Positions 13,001 through 22,500 of a stretch of DNA of 64,000 bases are shown one piece after another (positions within the stretch are counted from its first letter, which is position 1; each line of letters opens with the position of its first letter). The stretch is from a virus. The stretch is from positions 32,001-96,000 of IMG/VR virus record IMGVR_UViG_3300036985_006427. The stretch is one strand, 5' to 3'. The notes under the pieces are model-generated. The model was not told where the DNA came from. It saw only the letters and a list, made by a program, of their open reading frames with translations, and made no database searches. A program made the position numbers and the translations under genes.

Positions 13001-16000
13001 TCATCATAGATGTTGATGACCACCCCATTGTTGCCGTATTGCAACGCTCCTTCAGTAGACCCTGTTTGTTCTTTGAAAAGACCAATGATAGCTGGTATTC
13101 CGCTATACACTGAGAATTCAGTAGAACCACTAGGAAACGCTTGGAAGAAAGCGGACTTTACTCCGCTGAGCATTTGATTGAACACAACTGGTCTTCCAGA
13201 AGCTATGAAATTTGCAGGAGATCCTAATCCACCAAGAACCCCTGAACCAGTATCAAGCAGTAATTCTAGGTCATCCAATCTAGGAATGTATTTGTGGACA
13301 AACCATGAAGACTCATCGGTTGGTATAACTGGATAATTTCTATTTGAATGAGTTAATTGTAGTACTATCAACTTAGGGTTGATTTGAGCGTACCATTCGT
13401 TTGGTCCGCTGTTCCAAGGTGCAGAGAAATATTTCCATAGTGTATTAAATTTTTGAGCTGTTGCAGCTACACTTTTCAGCTTTTCTTTTTCGTATTCAAA
13501 TAAGTCTGTAAATATGATTCCTGCCGTTGGAATGCCAGACACAGCAATGTCAGAGAAGCTTCTTGACCACTTGGCTCTTGGGGCACCCACAACCACAATC
13601 TCACGTTCACCACTAGAGCAAATATCTAAGGATTCTCCGAATTTTCTGCCTTCCTGTCCAATCTGCCATTTGTTTCCAGATATAGAGAATTGATCAAATC
13701 TAATTATATTTTCTTCTGTTCTTTGTATGTAATCTTTTCTGAAACCAGATGGTAACATCAACTGTTCAGCGTAAGACCATCCAGCCTTTTTGCCAGCTTG
13801 ATCAGAACCTCTTCTGTACAAGAATACAGATCCAGCTCCAGATACGTTCACTGTAGATTCGTCGTAAGGTGAATAATCTGAGATTGTAATGTTAGGAGCA
13901 GATATAGCCATCAAGTCATTGCTGACACGCACCTGTTGACCGTAATTATCATTTACGTTTCTGCCAGAAGCAGATATTAACTTCACACCTGAGAATACTA
14001 TGTTTTGATCACAATCTTCAGTGCAGCAACCGCTATTGTTTGGATACCAAGCTGGTCCACACATTCCGTATTCCCATTCTTCGAATGTTCTTGGAACAGG
14101 AATAGATTGATTAGAACCAGTTTTAATAACTAGCGTGGTCTTATAAGCAAGCGATGGCAATAGCTGATCAAACTTTCTTATTCCATAGTAATTTCCGCTA
14201 TATCCAAATCCACCTGCGAAATTAATTGCTCCAGAGTTTGTGTACGTATTCTTTGCTCTGAAGATGCCTCCATCATTGCATGTTTCTTGTCTCCACGTAA
14301 TGCCGTCAGTAACCAAAGCTTTATCTATAGCTTTGCTTGGACTGTCTCCTGTGCATGATCCATAACCTATTAAATCTACACCTCTGATTTCATTGTTTGC
14401 AGGCAGAAATGCAACATGATTGTCTGCAAGTTCTATTGGAGATCCATAGCTACTGCTGTTCCATACAGCCAAAGAAGATCCAAAATTAGAGCTATAGTTT
14501 GCTGTTACAAAATTTAGAGATCCAGTCAACAAGGATTTAACCAAAGGATTATGCACATACAAAGGCATAGATTGATTTATAATGTTTGGAGCGTTTATGT
14601 ACAAAGGCATAGAATGTGAGCGTCGTGTGGACACTCCTTGATTATGACCAACAATGGTCAATCCGATCACTCCACTGGCACTGCCTTTTTGTCTGTTCAA
14701 TTGCTGGTTATGTAAAAATAATGGCAATGAAGATAAAACGCCCACGTTTCCAGAAGAAGCGAATAGATTAAGATTTAATACTGGACCTTCTGGTTTACCT
14801 GCCAACTCTATATTGACCAGAGTCAATGGCATACCAAAGAAACTACCAACAGATGTATTTGGGTTTCCGTCATCTGATGTATCGAGCATACCTAAAACTT
14901 TAGGCATAGATAAAGACAAGCCGCTACTCAGCGATGTTGGTAATTCTCCGCTGATATTTAAATTAAAATAGCTGTATCCAGATTGAGGAGGTATAAATAG
15001 ATTCAATGAATTAGATTCAGTGAAAGCTCCACTTACATTCAAGAAAAATCCAGATGGATGATCTACTTCATTGAAGATATTATACGGTATAGGAACCTGA
15101 ACTATCAACGGTAGTATTCCACTGTTTTCTCTTGGGAAACCGCCAATGTTAAGATTGATTTGGCTAGAAGCCGGGAAAGCTCCACTAACATTCATATTGA
15201 ATGTGCCGGAAGAACCCAGTGCCAAAATATTAGCATCTACCATTCTCACATGAGAAGAGTGCATATCTATTCTAGATTCAAATGCTGGTCCAGAAGGATA
15301 AACCAGATCGTATTGAACGAACATTTGATTTACATCGTCTTTGAAATATCTTTCTGAAAAATCTTTTAACCTTGGTTCTTTTGGGAATACAGCCCAAGGC
15401 TCTGTTTCATCGATTAGATCTTCATAATCAAATGTAGATTCTAACTTAACAAAACAGCTAGACGGTTCGATGTAATGAATTTTTCTGTTTACCAATCCCC
15501 AATTCGGCTCTTCTGTTGTCCAATATGGGTCTTGTTTCTTTGTGTACAAGCTAACTATAAACTTTGGACCAGATGGAGCGATTGTTTCACAAGATGGCCA
15601 CTTTATTCCATCTCCAAATTTATGCTCAACAATAGTTTCTACAACGAGGGCTCGTTCAGAAAATTTATATCCAACTGGTATGCTCTTGGTTATTCTTCTG
15701 TTGACTGCGTAAAAATTATCCACAACGTCAGATAAATGAAATCTTAAAAAGTCATTTTCTATCTGAGTATGGTAAGCTACAGTGTTATCCACAGATGTTG
15801 GCAGCGTTATATTTGTCTTGTCTGAATATCCAATGCCATCGCTTTTCAAATTAAAGGAAATCAGATCACGACCTGTGCGTTTTGTCAAGAAGTCAAACGA
15901 AGCGTCAAATTGGCAATATTTAAAGTCACCTACGTGCCAATCATTGTGCGTATCTTCGTCAACGTTTTGCCATAATGTAAATCTATCGTTGGTGTGTGAT

Positions 16001-19000
16001 TCAGAAGGATTCCATAGTTTAACTCTTTGATTTGCTAAAAATACATCTGCACTAGTTTCTTTGAGTTGTAAATCTGGATCTGATTGGACTATTTTACAAC
16101 CAGACGCAAGACCAAACTCACTAACAAACATATTCATGCCAACACCAGAACCAGTAGAAAACCCTACTGTAACATCGCTGTCTCCGACATAGATATCAAA
16201 CGGAGTAGAAGTAGCACGCAATGTATTCCAAGGATAAGCAAATTCGTTGTCTGTATATAATTTTAATTCACTCAAATCCTTATCGTTATAAGTAAGAATA
16301 ACTGCAAGTGGATATTGATATTCTGAATAATGAGCAGTGTCAGTTATTTTAATGATATTTCCAGTTGTGCTCCGAGCTAAACCGCAGAGATAACCGTTTT
16401 CGTAAGATATAGCAAACTCTAATTGTCTTCCTCCATGAGCATTGTGGAGACCCCATTTAGACACAAGTACTCCGCTATTAAATAAATTATAACCAACACC
16501 GCTTACATTTACGTCTGGTGTAAATTTAATATAAGAAACAAATCCATCGGAAGTATCTAAAGAATGATTAAAATCAATATAAGAGTTTTGTCCGCTAATT
16601 CTTACTATGTTGTTAAAAGCATCTGAAATCTGACCGTATAGCTGATCACTTGTAAAATTAGCCGCTCCATTGCTTAAAGACGTCCAGTCGGTAGTTTGGT
16701 AAGAGGTACTATAACCCGGCAACTGATTGTTGAATATTGTAGGGTTAGTAAATCTCCAACCAATGTTTTTATATCTATATTGACCATTACCATAAGTTGT
16801 GTGTAAAACACCGCCATTTCCGGTGTTATTGTGTGGATTTATTGTATGACCATCATCATAATCAAAATCATAAAAACCAAAATTAAATGGAGAATCTAAC
16901 AATGGATTATAGAATGAAAAACCAAACATGTTGGGATGGAAATCCCCTTGTGTTAGACCTTCCATTCCTTTCCATCTTCGAGCGTAGTTGGTTCTTATTG
17001 TATTTGGTGAACCATAAGCATGGGGAATGTTTTGTATTCTAGATATTGGCCCATATCCAGATCCAGCGTTGAGTACGCTATCATAAGATTGCATACCAGA
17101 AGGATACAAAGCGGCTTCAGATCTTCCGTCTTGAGTTTTGCCAAACTTCTCTCCACCCTGAGTGTACAGATTTATAGCATTAGCAGGAGCATATCTCACG
17201 CACAATTCGGCGTATCCAATAGCTGCACCGCTTGGCAATGGGAATATATCAAGGTATACATTTTCTAAGAAAGAGCTAAGACTATAATCTCTAGACAACC
17301 CCAGCTTTACTTTATCGTCAAGTATAACCAAAGGTATTTCATAAAGTTGAAAACCCGTACTGTTAACAACTGGGTATTGAGACAATCTATAATGATCGTT
17401 TCCGCTTGATTCAAAGTAAGTGTCATTTTCAGACAATGAACCACCACCGATTGTTCTGTCTGAATCACCTCGGTAAAATCCAGACAGCACAGGGTAGTTG
17501 CCAATGTTAGAAACGAAAGTGTCATTCAAGAAAATTCCAGATGGATCTTGAATAAATCCGCCAGACGGAGGTGTTACAAACAATAAATCGTCGTTGCTGT
17601 ACCCTACAACGTCCAAGATATAATCTCGGCTACCAACCTGTTTCTTAGCAAGAACTTTGAGTGTTAGAGATTCAACGTTATAAAAACAAATATCTTCTTG
17701 AATATTTTCAATACGTTTTTCTACACTGAATGCTCCAGTTGGTTTCCACCATGTTGTGTTTGTCCCTTGATCAAATGAGAAGTTAAAATCACCATTTGTA
17801 ATTTCATCTACTTTGTTGTATCCGGTTTGAAACTTTAAAATCAACTTTCCAGAATTCGCTATGTTTCCACCGCTGGTTGATTGCAATTTGATGAATCTAT
17901 CGGCATTTTTAACATTCAATATATTTATTAATTCTTTAGAGCCACAAACGTCTTGATTTGTTGCTCCTATTGGATATCCAGCAGTTATCGTTGTGTCATC
18001 TGCCCATACATTGTTGTTGACAGAAGGATAAATGGTTGTATCGTACGTATTGATAGCTATGAACGTTGGATTGATGCTTCTCTCTAGCCTTCGTCCAATT
18101 TCTCTCACAGGTATGCGGAATGGTAAATAATTCTCTAACCTTGGACCATACCCGCCACTGTTGCAAATTTCTACTGCTGATATTCTGAATCCTCTGGTAG
18201 GATTTATAAATCTTGTTTCATTGCTTGATAAAGGTTGTCCATCAATCGCCAAGTAGCTGTTGCCATTGTTGCTAAGTATCTCTGGAATAATATAATTTTC
18301 TTCAAAACCATCATCGAAACCCTTGTTGAAGGGATCGTCTAATGAGACAGCTCTTACGCTAAAAGACAATTGATATCCACTCACCTTATGCATATGAGGA
18401 ATGGTTCGCTGCCAGTCGTATTTTTCATTTATAACATTTATTTGAGGAAGAGATGAATACGTAGTAAAGTTAGAGTATTCTTCTGTGGAATCGCCTCTCA
18501 TCTGAATGTCATTGTATTTAACTATCAAATTTCCAGATGGGTCAGATAATTTAATGTTATATAATGTATACAGGGGTGGAAGTTTAGACTCATAATTATA
18601 CAGAGGTGTTGCTACTCTTATTCTAAAAGAAGAGCGTTCAGGTCTGACATACATATCAGTAAGTTCGCACTTGTACTGAAAAAGACCCTCTGTATGAAAA
18701 GTGTTTGGTTCAATGTAGGAGTTTTTGTCATCAGACAATAAGTTGGAATCTCCACGATCTTTCAAGACGCCTTCATAAATACCTTCATCTATATTGGACC
18801 ATAAGTTTGTTGACTCTAAAGACGGTCCAGCAAAAGTTCCAAACCCACTGTCTATCGGCAGATCGTTTGATGGATACAGTTTGCCTTGACAGTAAAAGTC
18901 CCCAAAATCACCCGCTACCTTGTCTGTTATTGTGTTTATGATATTAGCTTCGCCGGTTATCACTTGTGACAATACATAGCTAGCCTTGATGCTGTTGAGA

Positions 19001-19569
19001 ATATCTGACGAACCTATGATTTCTGACACAAGGCTTATGTAAGAACTAAAAATAGTTGATATGTCAGCTACACCAACAATACTTGCTCCTCCAACAGACT
19101 TAGCGGTCACCATGTTCGGAGCGGTGGCGTTAGCGTATCCAAAAACACTTGGATCTACAGCAGGAGGATTGCTCAGCAAGCCAAGGTTTGGACCGTCATA
19201 AAAAAATAAAACTGATCCATTTTCGAATTTTTGGATCACATTGGATGAAATCTTGACAAACTGATTTGGAGAAACTTCATACGACAACTCTATATTCCAG
19301 CCTTCATCGATAAGATCTTTGTACTGACAGGTGTTTGCAGAACATCCAGATAGAGTGTATAATGGTCCACTTCCAGCCAATGAATTTTTATCGAAATAAA
19401 CAATTATTTGCTGTGGAGGCGCTGCTATTTTAGAAAACGTATTGAATGAGGCTGATAAAGCAGCTTCATTGAGTGTCATTGTAGCAAGAAGCTCACCTCC
19501 TCCGGGACAGGTGGCTGAGGTTCCTTTTATACAACAACATTCCAAACTCTTCAAGAACGGTTCTGACAT
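7093..19569 (-). CDS. Giant virion adhesin (4158 aa): LamG-like domain, seven FG-GAP repeats, vWA-like and GIFT/GATase-like inserts
   Basis: FG-GAP blades such as DRFGHAVSISKNGEVVAVGSP, DLFGYSVAIDNGKIIVGTP, DRFGFSVDIAYDMAVVGAP..NGAVY; LamG-like segment ~16130-16600 (FVSYIKF..VLVSKW..VILTYND..LKLYTD). Confidence 0.8.
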   Translation of the reverse strand: MSEPFLKSLECCCIKGTSATCPGGGELLATMTLNEAALSASFNTFSKIAAPPQQIIVYFDKNSLAGSGPLYTLSGCSANTCQYKDLIDEGWNIELSYEVSPNQFVKISSNVIQKFENGSVLFFYDGPNLGLLSNPPAVDPSVFGYANATAPNMVTAKSVGGASIVGVADISTIFSSYISLVSEIIGSSDILNSIKASYVLSQVITGEANIINTITDKVAGDFGDFYCQGKLYPSNDLPIDSGFGTFAGPSLESTNLWSNIDEGIYEGVLKDRGDSNLLSDDKNSYIEPNTFHTEGLFQYKCELTDMYVRPERSSFRIRVATPLYNYESKLPPLYTLYNIKLSDPSGNLIVKYNDIQMRGDSTEEYSNFTTYSSLPQINVINEKYDWQRTIPHMHKVSGYQLSFSVRAVSLDDPFNKGFDDGFEENYIIPEILSNNGNSYLAIDGQPLSSNETRFINPTRGFRISAVEICNSGGYGPRLENYLPFRIPVREIGRRLERSINPTFIAINTYDTTIYPSVNNNVWADDTTITAGYPIGATNQDVCGSKELINILNVKNADRFIKLQSTSGGNIANSGKLILKFQTGYNKVDEITNGDFNFSFDQGTNTTWWKPTGAFSVEKRIENIQEDICFYNVESLTLKVLAKKQVGSRDYILDVVGYSNDDLLFVTPPSGGFIQDPSGIFLNDTFVSNIGNYPVLSGFYRGDSDRTIGGGSLSENDTYFESSGNDHYRLSQYPVVNSTGFQLYEIPLVILDDKVKLGLSRDYSLSSFLENVYLDIFPLPSGAAIGYAELCVRYAPANAINLYTQGGEKFGKTQDGRSEAALYPSGMQSYDSVLNAGSGYGPISRIQNIPHAYGSPNTIRTNYARRWKGMEGLTQGDFHPNMFGFSFYNPLLDSPFNFGFYDFDYDDGHTINPHNNTGNGGVLHTTYGNGQYRYKNIGWRFTNPTIFNNQLPGYSTSYQTTDWTSLSNGAANFTSDQLYGQISDAFNNIVRISGQNSYIDFNHSLDTSDGFVSYIKFTPDVNVSGVGYNLFNSGVLVSKWGLHNAHGGRQLEFAISYENGYLCGLARSTTGNIIKITDTAHYSEYQYPLAVILTYNDKDLSELKLYTDNEFAYPWNTLRATSTPFDIYVGDSDVTVGFSTGSGVGMNMFVSEFGLASGCKIVQSDPDLQLKETSADVFLANQRVKLWNPSESHTNDRFTLWQNVDEDTHNDWHVGDFKYCQFDASFDFLTKRTGRDLISFNLKSDGIGYSDKTNITLPTSVDNTVAYHTQIENDFLRFHLSDVVDNFYAVNRRITKSIPVGYKFSERALVVETIVEHKFGDGIKWPSCETIAPSGPKFIVSLYTKKQDPYWTTEEPNWGLVNRKIHYIEPSSCFVKLESTFDYEDLIDETEPWAVFPKEPRLKDFSERYFKDDVNQMFVQYDLVYPSGPAFESRIDMHSSHVRMVDANILALGSSGTFNMNVSGAFPASSQINLNIGGFPRENSGILPLIVQVPIPYNIFNEVDHPSGFFLNVSGAFTESNSLNLFIPPQSGYSYFNLNISGELPTSLSSGLSLSMPKVLGMLDTSDDGNPNTSVGSFFGMPLTLVNIELAGKPEGPVLNLNLFASSGNVGVLSSLPLFLHNQQLNRQKGSASGVIGLTIVGHNQGVSTRRSHSMPLYINAPNIINQSMPLYVHNPLVKSLLTGSLNFVTANYSSNFGSSLAVWNSSSYGSPIELADNHVAFLPANNEIRGVDLIGYGSCTGDSPSKAIDKALVTDGITWRQETCNDGGIFRAKNTYTNSGAINFAGGFGYSGNYYGIRKFDQLLPSLAYKTTLVIKTGSNQSIPVPRTFEEWEYGMCGPAWYPNNSGCCTEDCDQNIVFSGVKLISASGRNVNDNYGQQVRVSNDLMAISAPNITISDYSPYDESTVNVSGAGSVFLYRRGSDQAGKKAGWSYAEQLMLPSGFRKDYIQRTEENIIRFDQFSISGNKWQIGQEGRKFGESLDICSSGEREIVVVGAPRAKWSRSFSDIAVSGIPTAGIIFTDLFEYEKEKLKSVAATAQKFNTLWKYFSAPWNSGPNEWYAQINPKLIVLQLTHSNRNYPVIPTDESSWFVHKYIPRLDDLELLLDTGSGVLGGLGSPANFIASGRPVVFNQMLSGVKSAFFQAFPSGSTEFSVYSGIPAIIGLFKEQTGSTEGALQYGNNGVVINIYDEFEKFYLAHSYASGVKDLVQNIAQSGHLNKITGESETWDTTCKQLFENTFDSGRLSAGYTNTTLNRNFIASGVGQEWGSTHGSVVTEFQVPPASGGRVYIFEKERNTFNCIQVIVSPNDKLEFNFDSMDGLGSIYSKTYNDRFGHAVSISKNGEVVAVGSPWNDKSCNIFERNEKEAQKVYDNIRSWCVSTNKPQAVSHYDSIASQSGQAIAKVSTYDFIQSSERFEYRNDINFWGTLPTPYKMTYQYGHNDIQYLGTRQFLPSTFASTSRLGWSCAVDQDGETVAFGAPTDCFNEFEDANVWGDNILSWASYTNAGAVRVFQNRKYYPHNKVVEFGRFGNLDRSSHPEERALGYYDNSNWPLIFASGSNGTIGYQGKSWRRTDFSEIEIPRDAGLAFIVTPELDAASDEIIQNIKDWLSLGDRNLVIVGNDPVWEEDGLYEDSNKIVNKILEKLGSRMRIHPARNVEYSAQGCISQQDVSSNKYNATKSFLPDRSTGRTIEHHGEYYIKGVGDIRIDLSRDNLDEFFENLNCPEGATCGDGPAPIINSKCEFPLKGIVGDLRAQWKEQCVKTTPKTCSVVSYYKNWPLQFQNFTIDCDSPPQSLFNKSNEEPVPVLTTAEHLPPTSWYDPATSGLIWDTFQPQVYKVNKQFEEKISFAANNINELAFHIMENGPSVVSGNFNSFYYNGDMFDPALENGRDGLMQAAGKILSEAVDVTETVYPDQIVALVESGRKPDGSFNNSRIYVLATQWSEDDASRGLSYATLNKDKNTEFYINMIRKDCLYAPKGLQINGFTGRTSLKNAYDSSGNSASGHNLANKLNVEFFPDGGFFTENSEMRYVNGSIDFVWLAFPSGKPSSEDLMTLNDWLDFGNKKIIITYSAVKDSTAQEISDNITYLCSGLRMTSKPMYLPKLGKYYLSDKLSRYTENDNKQLINYATDSISGCDDGYHFTYPSYKTSTSLSGIDFHPNTATISVASQSEEFSYASRTNFVPLSGGQDFERILSFLPEIKQTYKVYGAKNTWQINGAGAVTFPILPGSGYRVWINWVSESPDEKFKICANHSGNLIFDTPVGLPSFACGSVGELTKTTTYIPQETIFEFRTESNSNIDEFGITFQTSKWSSFIDVKELEGISLPPKTPRMLSISGALLPIITEINAITTSGLINDGLPVQFNFRYAVNPAASGVVPGVSRPVKHKSSIYCDENNFTTDECISASESWAEELIEDGPVIVAEEFENFSSFQNGKRRSKIILIADSTLLQGQCPHYRSTTITGNQSFVRNLYPPSPNDTGETINIGNGAGRLQSGGVYDTALIKEGRNWELSQKLRAPERGSPAKYAAVSGQAIGATLIPSRLWGGNGVAGNLNNYSDNEDTYDPTTLSRPPELKTSEEMEQRSKSFFNDEVITKYGMYPRFSGDFLDIVTYNGGIYTDYDILLGLDKNSNRSFIVDAGIGGGLNELMKIANADYLDYDLFNSGCPGDLFGYSVAIDNGKIIVGTPYNAFHSEGAISGVSGIVQWHEIKNDATRSGIRIGADGGAGAAFIFEKTNNGKNVIEEFLPWEFKQKIKPNSINVGIYDFSPTPSQKLTSLRGPHQINDSSFISEYARRGDRFGFSVDIAYDMAVVGAPNHSFETLHHHIYSGSTAFQRKSFDAKFDIPKHSFYDLADSGIRVNTFGNNSGTMTLNNGAVYNYRNEMVNFNERTQRWIFAEKMLAVGYKSRVQTALTTGILAASGSDNDNFGASVCIDRPLRGDSDYTLIAGSPNHDWPTSGDHPTKGLNNAGAAYTFDCVLRQQIPSIQNSGGWIDAHVFGNKQESGSTDRVGLRVYQNSSGDSLEYVVSGIVFSNKNGDIFLEASGFDPSTKGFVAHRPYIDNIKFELFPGTEINNSFNLITSGRPVAMSGDMNLSLLGPDRANVYNTLGLYNFGVLGIASGENPSGLSLFISAPSGQSSESLNLSLTSTQTTNALNLRVRGY

Positions 19570-19573
19570 TTTG

Positions 19574-22500
19574 TTAACCTAATACAGAGTTAGTTTTCTT
19601 TAAATCACCGGATGTGTTTGTCTTAAACTGCGATATTTGTTTTCCTACTTCGGTCAACAATTCTTGCTTTATGTCTTCTTTCATTGTTTCTAAGAAAGAA
19701 GCTCCATTAAAGTTAACATTGATATTCGTTGTATCTAAAGCTACTTGGAATTTACTTCCTATAAGCTTGTCTACGGTCGCAGCGAAATTATTGAATATAG
19801 TTGTTAACTGTGGTATCGCTGCACTGAATGCGCTGCCTACACCATCTACCGCTCCTCCAACGTTATAATATCGAGCTTTACCTCCACCGCTCATTGCTCC
19901 GGGAGCACTCGCTCCACCACCTTTGTTCATAGCTTGTAGTATCTGTAAATTATTGCCACGTTGAACTGACGATCTGTTGACCACAAATTCTCCCGGAGTC
20001 AACATAGCCGGAACGGTATCTGTTCCACGCGGAACGAACATTCCTCTGTTCGCATAAACTGGACCTCCTCTGTAAAGACCCGGAGGAGCAGGTGCCGCAG
20101 CAGGTGCTTGAGCTGGAGCAGCAGCAGCGCCACCTAAAGCTTGGTTTAATTGTTTGCCAATGTCTCCAATTGTAAGTTCTTGAGCATAAACAATTGCTTG
20201 TTTAGTATTAACTTCTGCTCTTTCAAATTCGGCTGCTTGTTGACCAAGTTGACCAAGTGTTGTCGCTAATTCTCTACCTTCAGCTTTCTTAGCTTGCTCT
20301 TCGGTTGTTGTGCCAGATAGTACACCCGTTGATTGAACTCCGAAACGTTGCAGCGTTAAATCTTCTGCTCTTCTTTTTTTATCATCCGATAAGCCTTGTC
20401 CCTCAAGGGTTTTGAAACCAGCTCCCAACGCTGAACCACTAAACAAACTAGTCAAAGCAGAGCTTCCGCTCGCTAGTGCAGCACCAGCTCCAGCAGCCGC
20501 TTGTTTTTCTAAAAACCCTTCTATGTCACCGCTTATGAGTGATTCGAGAGAATCCTTTTCTGCTTGATTTTTTCTTTGAATTAATTGAAGTTCTTCTTTT
20601 CTAGCTTCAATTTCTTGTTTTGTTTGTGAGATTAAATCTTGTTGTAACGCTTTCAGTCTTTCTCTAGTGTCTTCTTCCGCTCCAGCGCCACCAGAAAAAG
20701 CTCTTTCTCCAGACACTGCGCCAGCTCTAGCTCTTTCTTCTAGTTGTAAGAATTGATTGCTAATATCAGCGGATACGCTTTGAATATCACCAGCGTTGCC
20801 AGTTTGAAGACCACGCACACCAACAGCCTCAGCGCCAACATTGAAGCTTGCAACTCTAGCTTGTTGTTTTTCGCCTGCTGTTAAAGCTTTACCACCAAAC
20901 TCTTCAAAGATCTTGCCAGCCTCTAGTTGTAATTCTATAGCCCTTCTTTGTGCTGCTACATATTCTTGTTCAGATGCTATACGTTGTTGAATTCCCTTGA
21001 TCAGTAATTGCTCTGCCTCTGAGCGTTTTTGAAGAACACCAAGAACTTCTTTGTTGAATGCATCACTAGTTTTTTGCAATGCTTCTCTTAATGGACCAAA
21101 ATTTCCAGCTTGAATTTCAGCAAGATCTTCTCCGTTAAACTTAGAGCTTGCTTCGTCAAGACCAGCATTAATTCTTGTTGCCACTTCAGGATCTAATCCG
21201 GCGGTCAATTCTTCACTGAGTATCCTTGATATTTCTTGTGGAGTTGCTCCCGCCGGTCCTTTTTCCGTTAATTTCTTTTGTATGTTTGCAAAAGAATCTG
21301 AATCTTTATTTAGTCTAGAAAAGGCAGTGTTGAAACCTTTAGCTGCACCACTCGCGTTACCTATGGCAGCCTCACTAGCTCCAGCTTCACGCAAAGTACC
21401 TTCTAGTGTTGCAATGGCTCCATCTAATTCCTTTGCTGACAAAGTGCCAGCAGCGCTAGTCAATGCGGTCTGTAAGATATCTAATGAATCACCAAACTTA
21501 TCTCCAACCTGATCTATAGTTAATAATTTCGATAATTTTTTGTTTGTAGCATCCAATGAATCAGAAAGTGTTCCAAGGCCAAAGTTAGTAGCTTTGATAA
21601 GAGCTAATTGTCTTATGGCTTGCTCTTTAGCGGCTTTCAAAGACTGTTTACCAGCTTCTTCTCTTTGTTTTTCAAATCCTCTAATTTTAATTTCTTGTTG
21701 TTCAAGATCTGAAAATACTCTGGCTCCCGGTCCTTGTGATTGCTGCACATTTGCGTCAATTCTAGCTTGCTCTGCTGGAGAAAATTGTGAAGTAGTAGCA
21801 GCTTTAAATGCTGAATTATCGGTAACAGTCCTTTCAGCTTCGTCCGCCGTTGCTCCTCTCATGATCTGATCCGCAAGAACATTACCAAACATTGGTAATT
21901 GTTCCATAAATGCAGTAGTAGCTTTTTCTTGGTCTGGAATTTGTTCTTTCAAAGCTTCGGCTCTTTTTTTGTCGTTAGACTTATCCAATTGCCCCTGAAG
22001 CATACTGCCAACCAAAGCACCCAAAGGACCAGCAATAGCTAATCCAGCCATAGTTGAGGCTCCTTCCAGAGCCCAGAATGAATTATTAACATCTTCAATT
22101 CTTGAATTGCTCAAAGCTATGGATTGTGCAAGAACACCAAACTCATTGTTTAAATTACCAGTTAAATTGCCTTTCGTAAATTCATCGGTTAAAGTGCTAG
22201 ATCCAGACTCTACACGTTGCATAGCCATAGCGACATCGTTGGCGTTTTTAGAAGCTTCGTTTTCCTGTTTCTTTCTGGCGGCAGCTAATCTAGCTTCTTG
22301 TTTAACTGTATCTGTACTTGGACCTAATCCAAAGAATGCTAAAGTTTTTCTAAAGGCATTTAATGGTCCTTCTAACAGCCCAAACGCATCAGCTAATTTA
22401 AGACCAATCGCAACAATACCAATCGTAACACCAACTAGCACACCTAATGGTCCACTGACAGCAATTAAAACACCAGCTAAAATTCCAAGAGCTATAGTTA

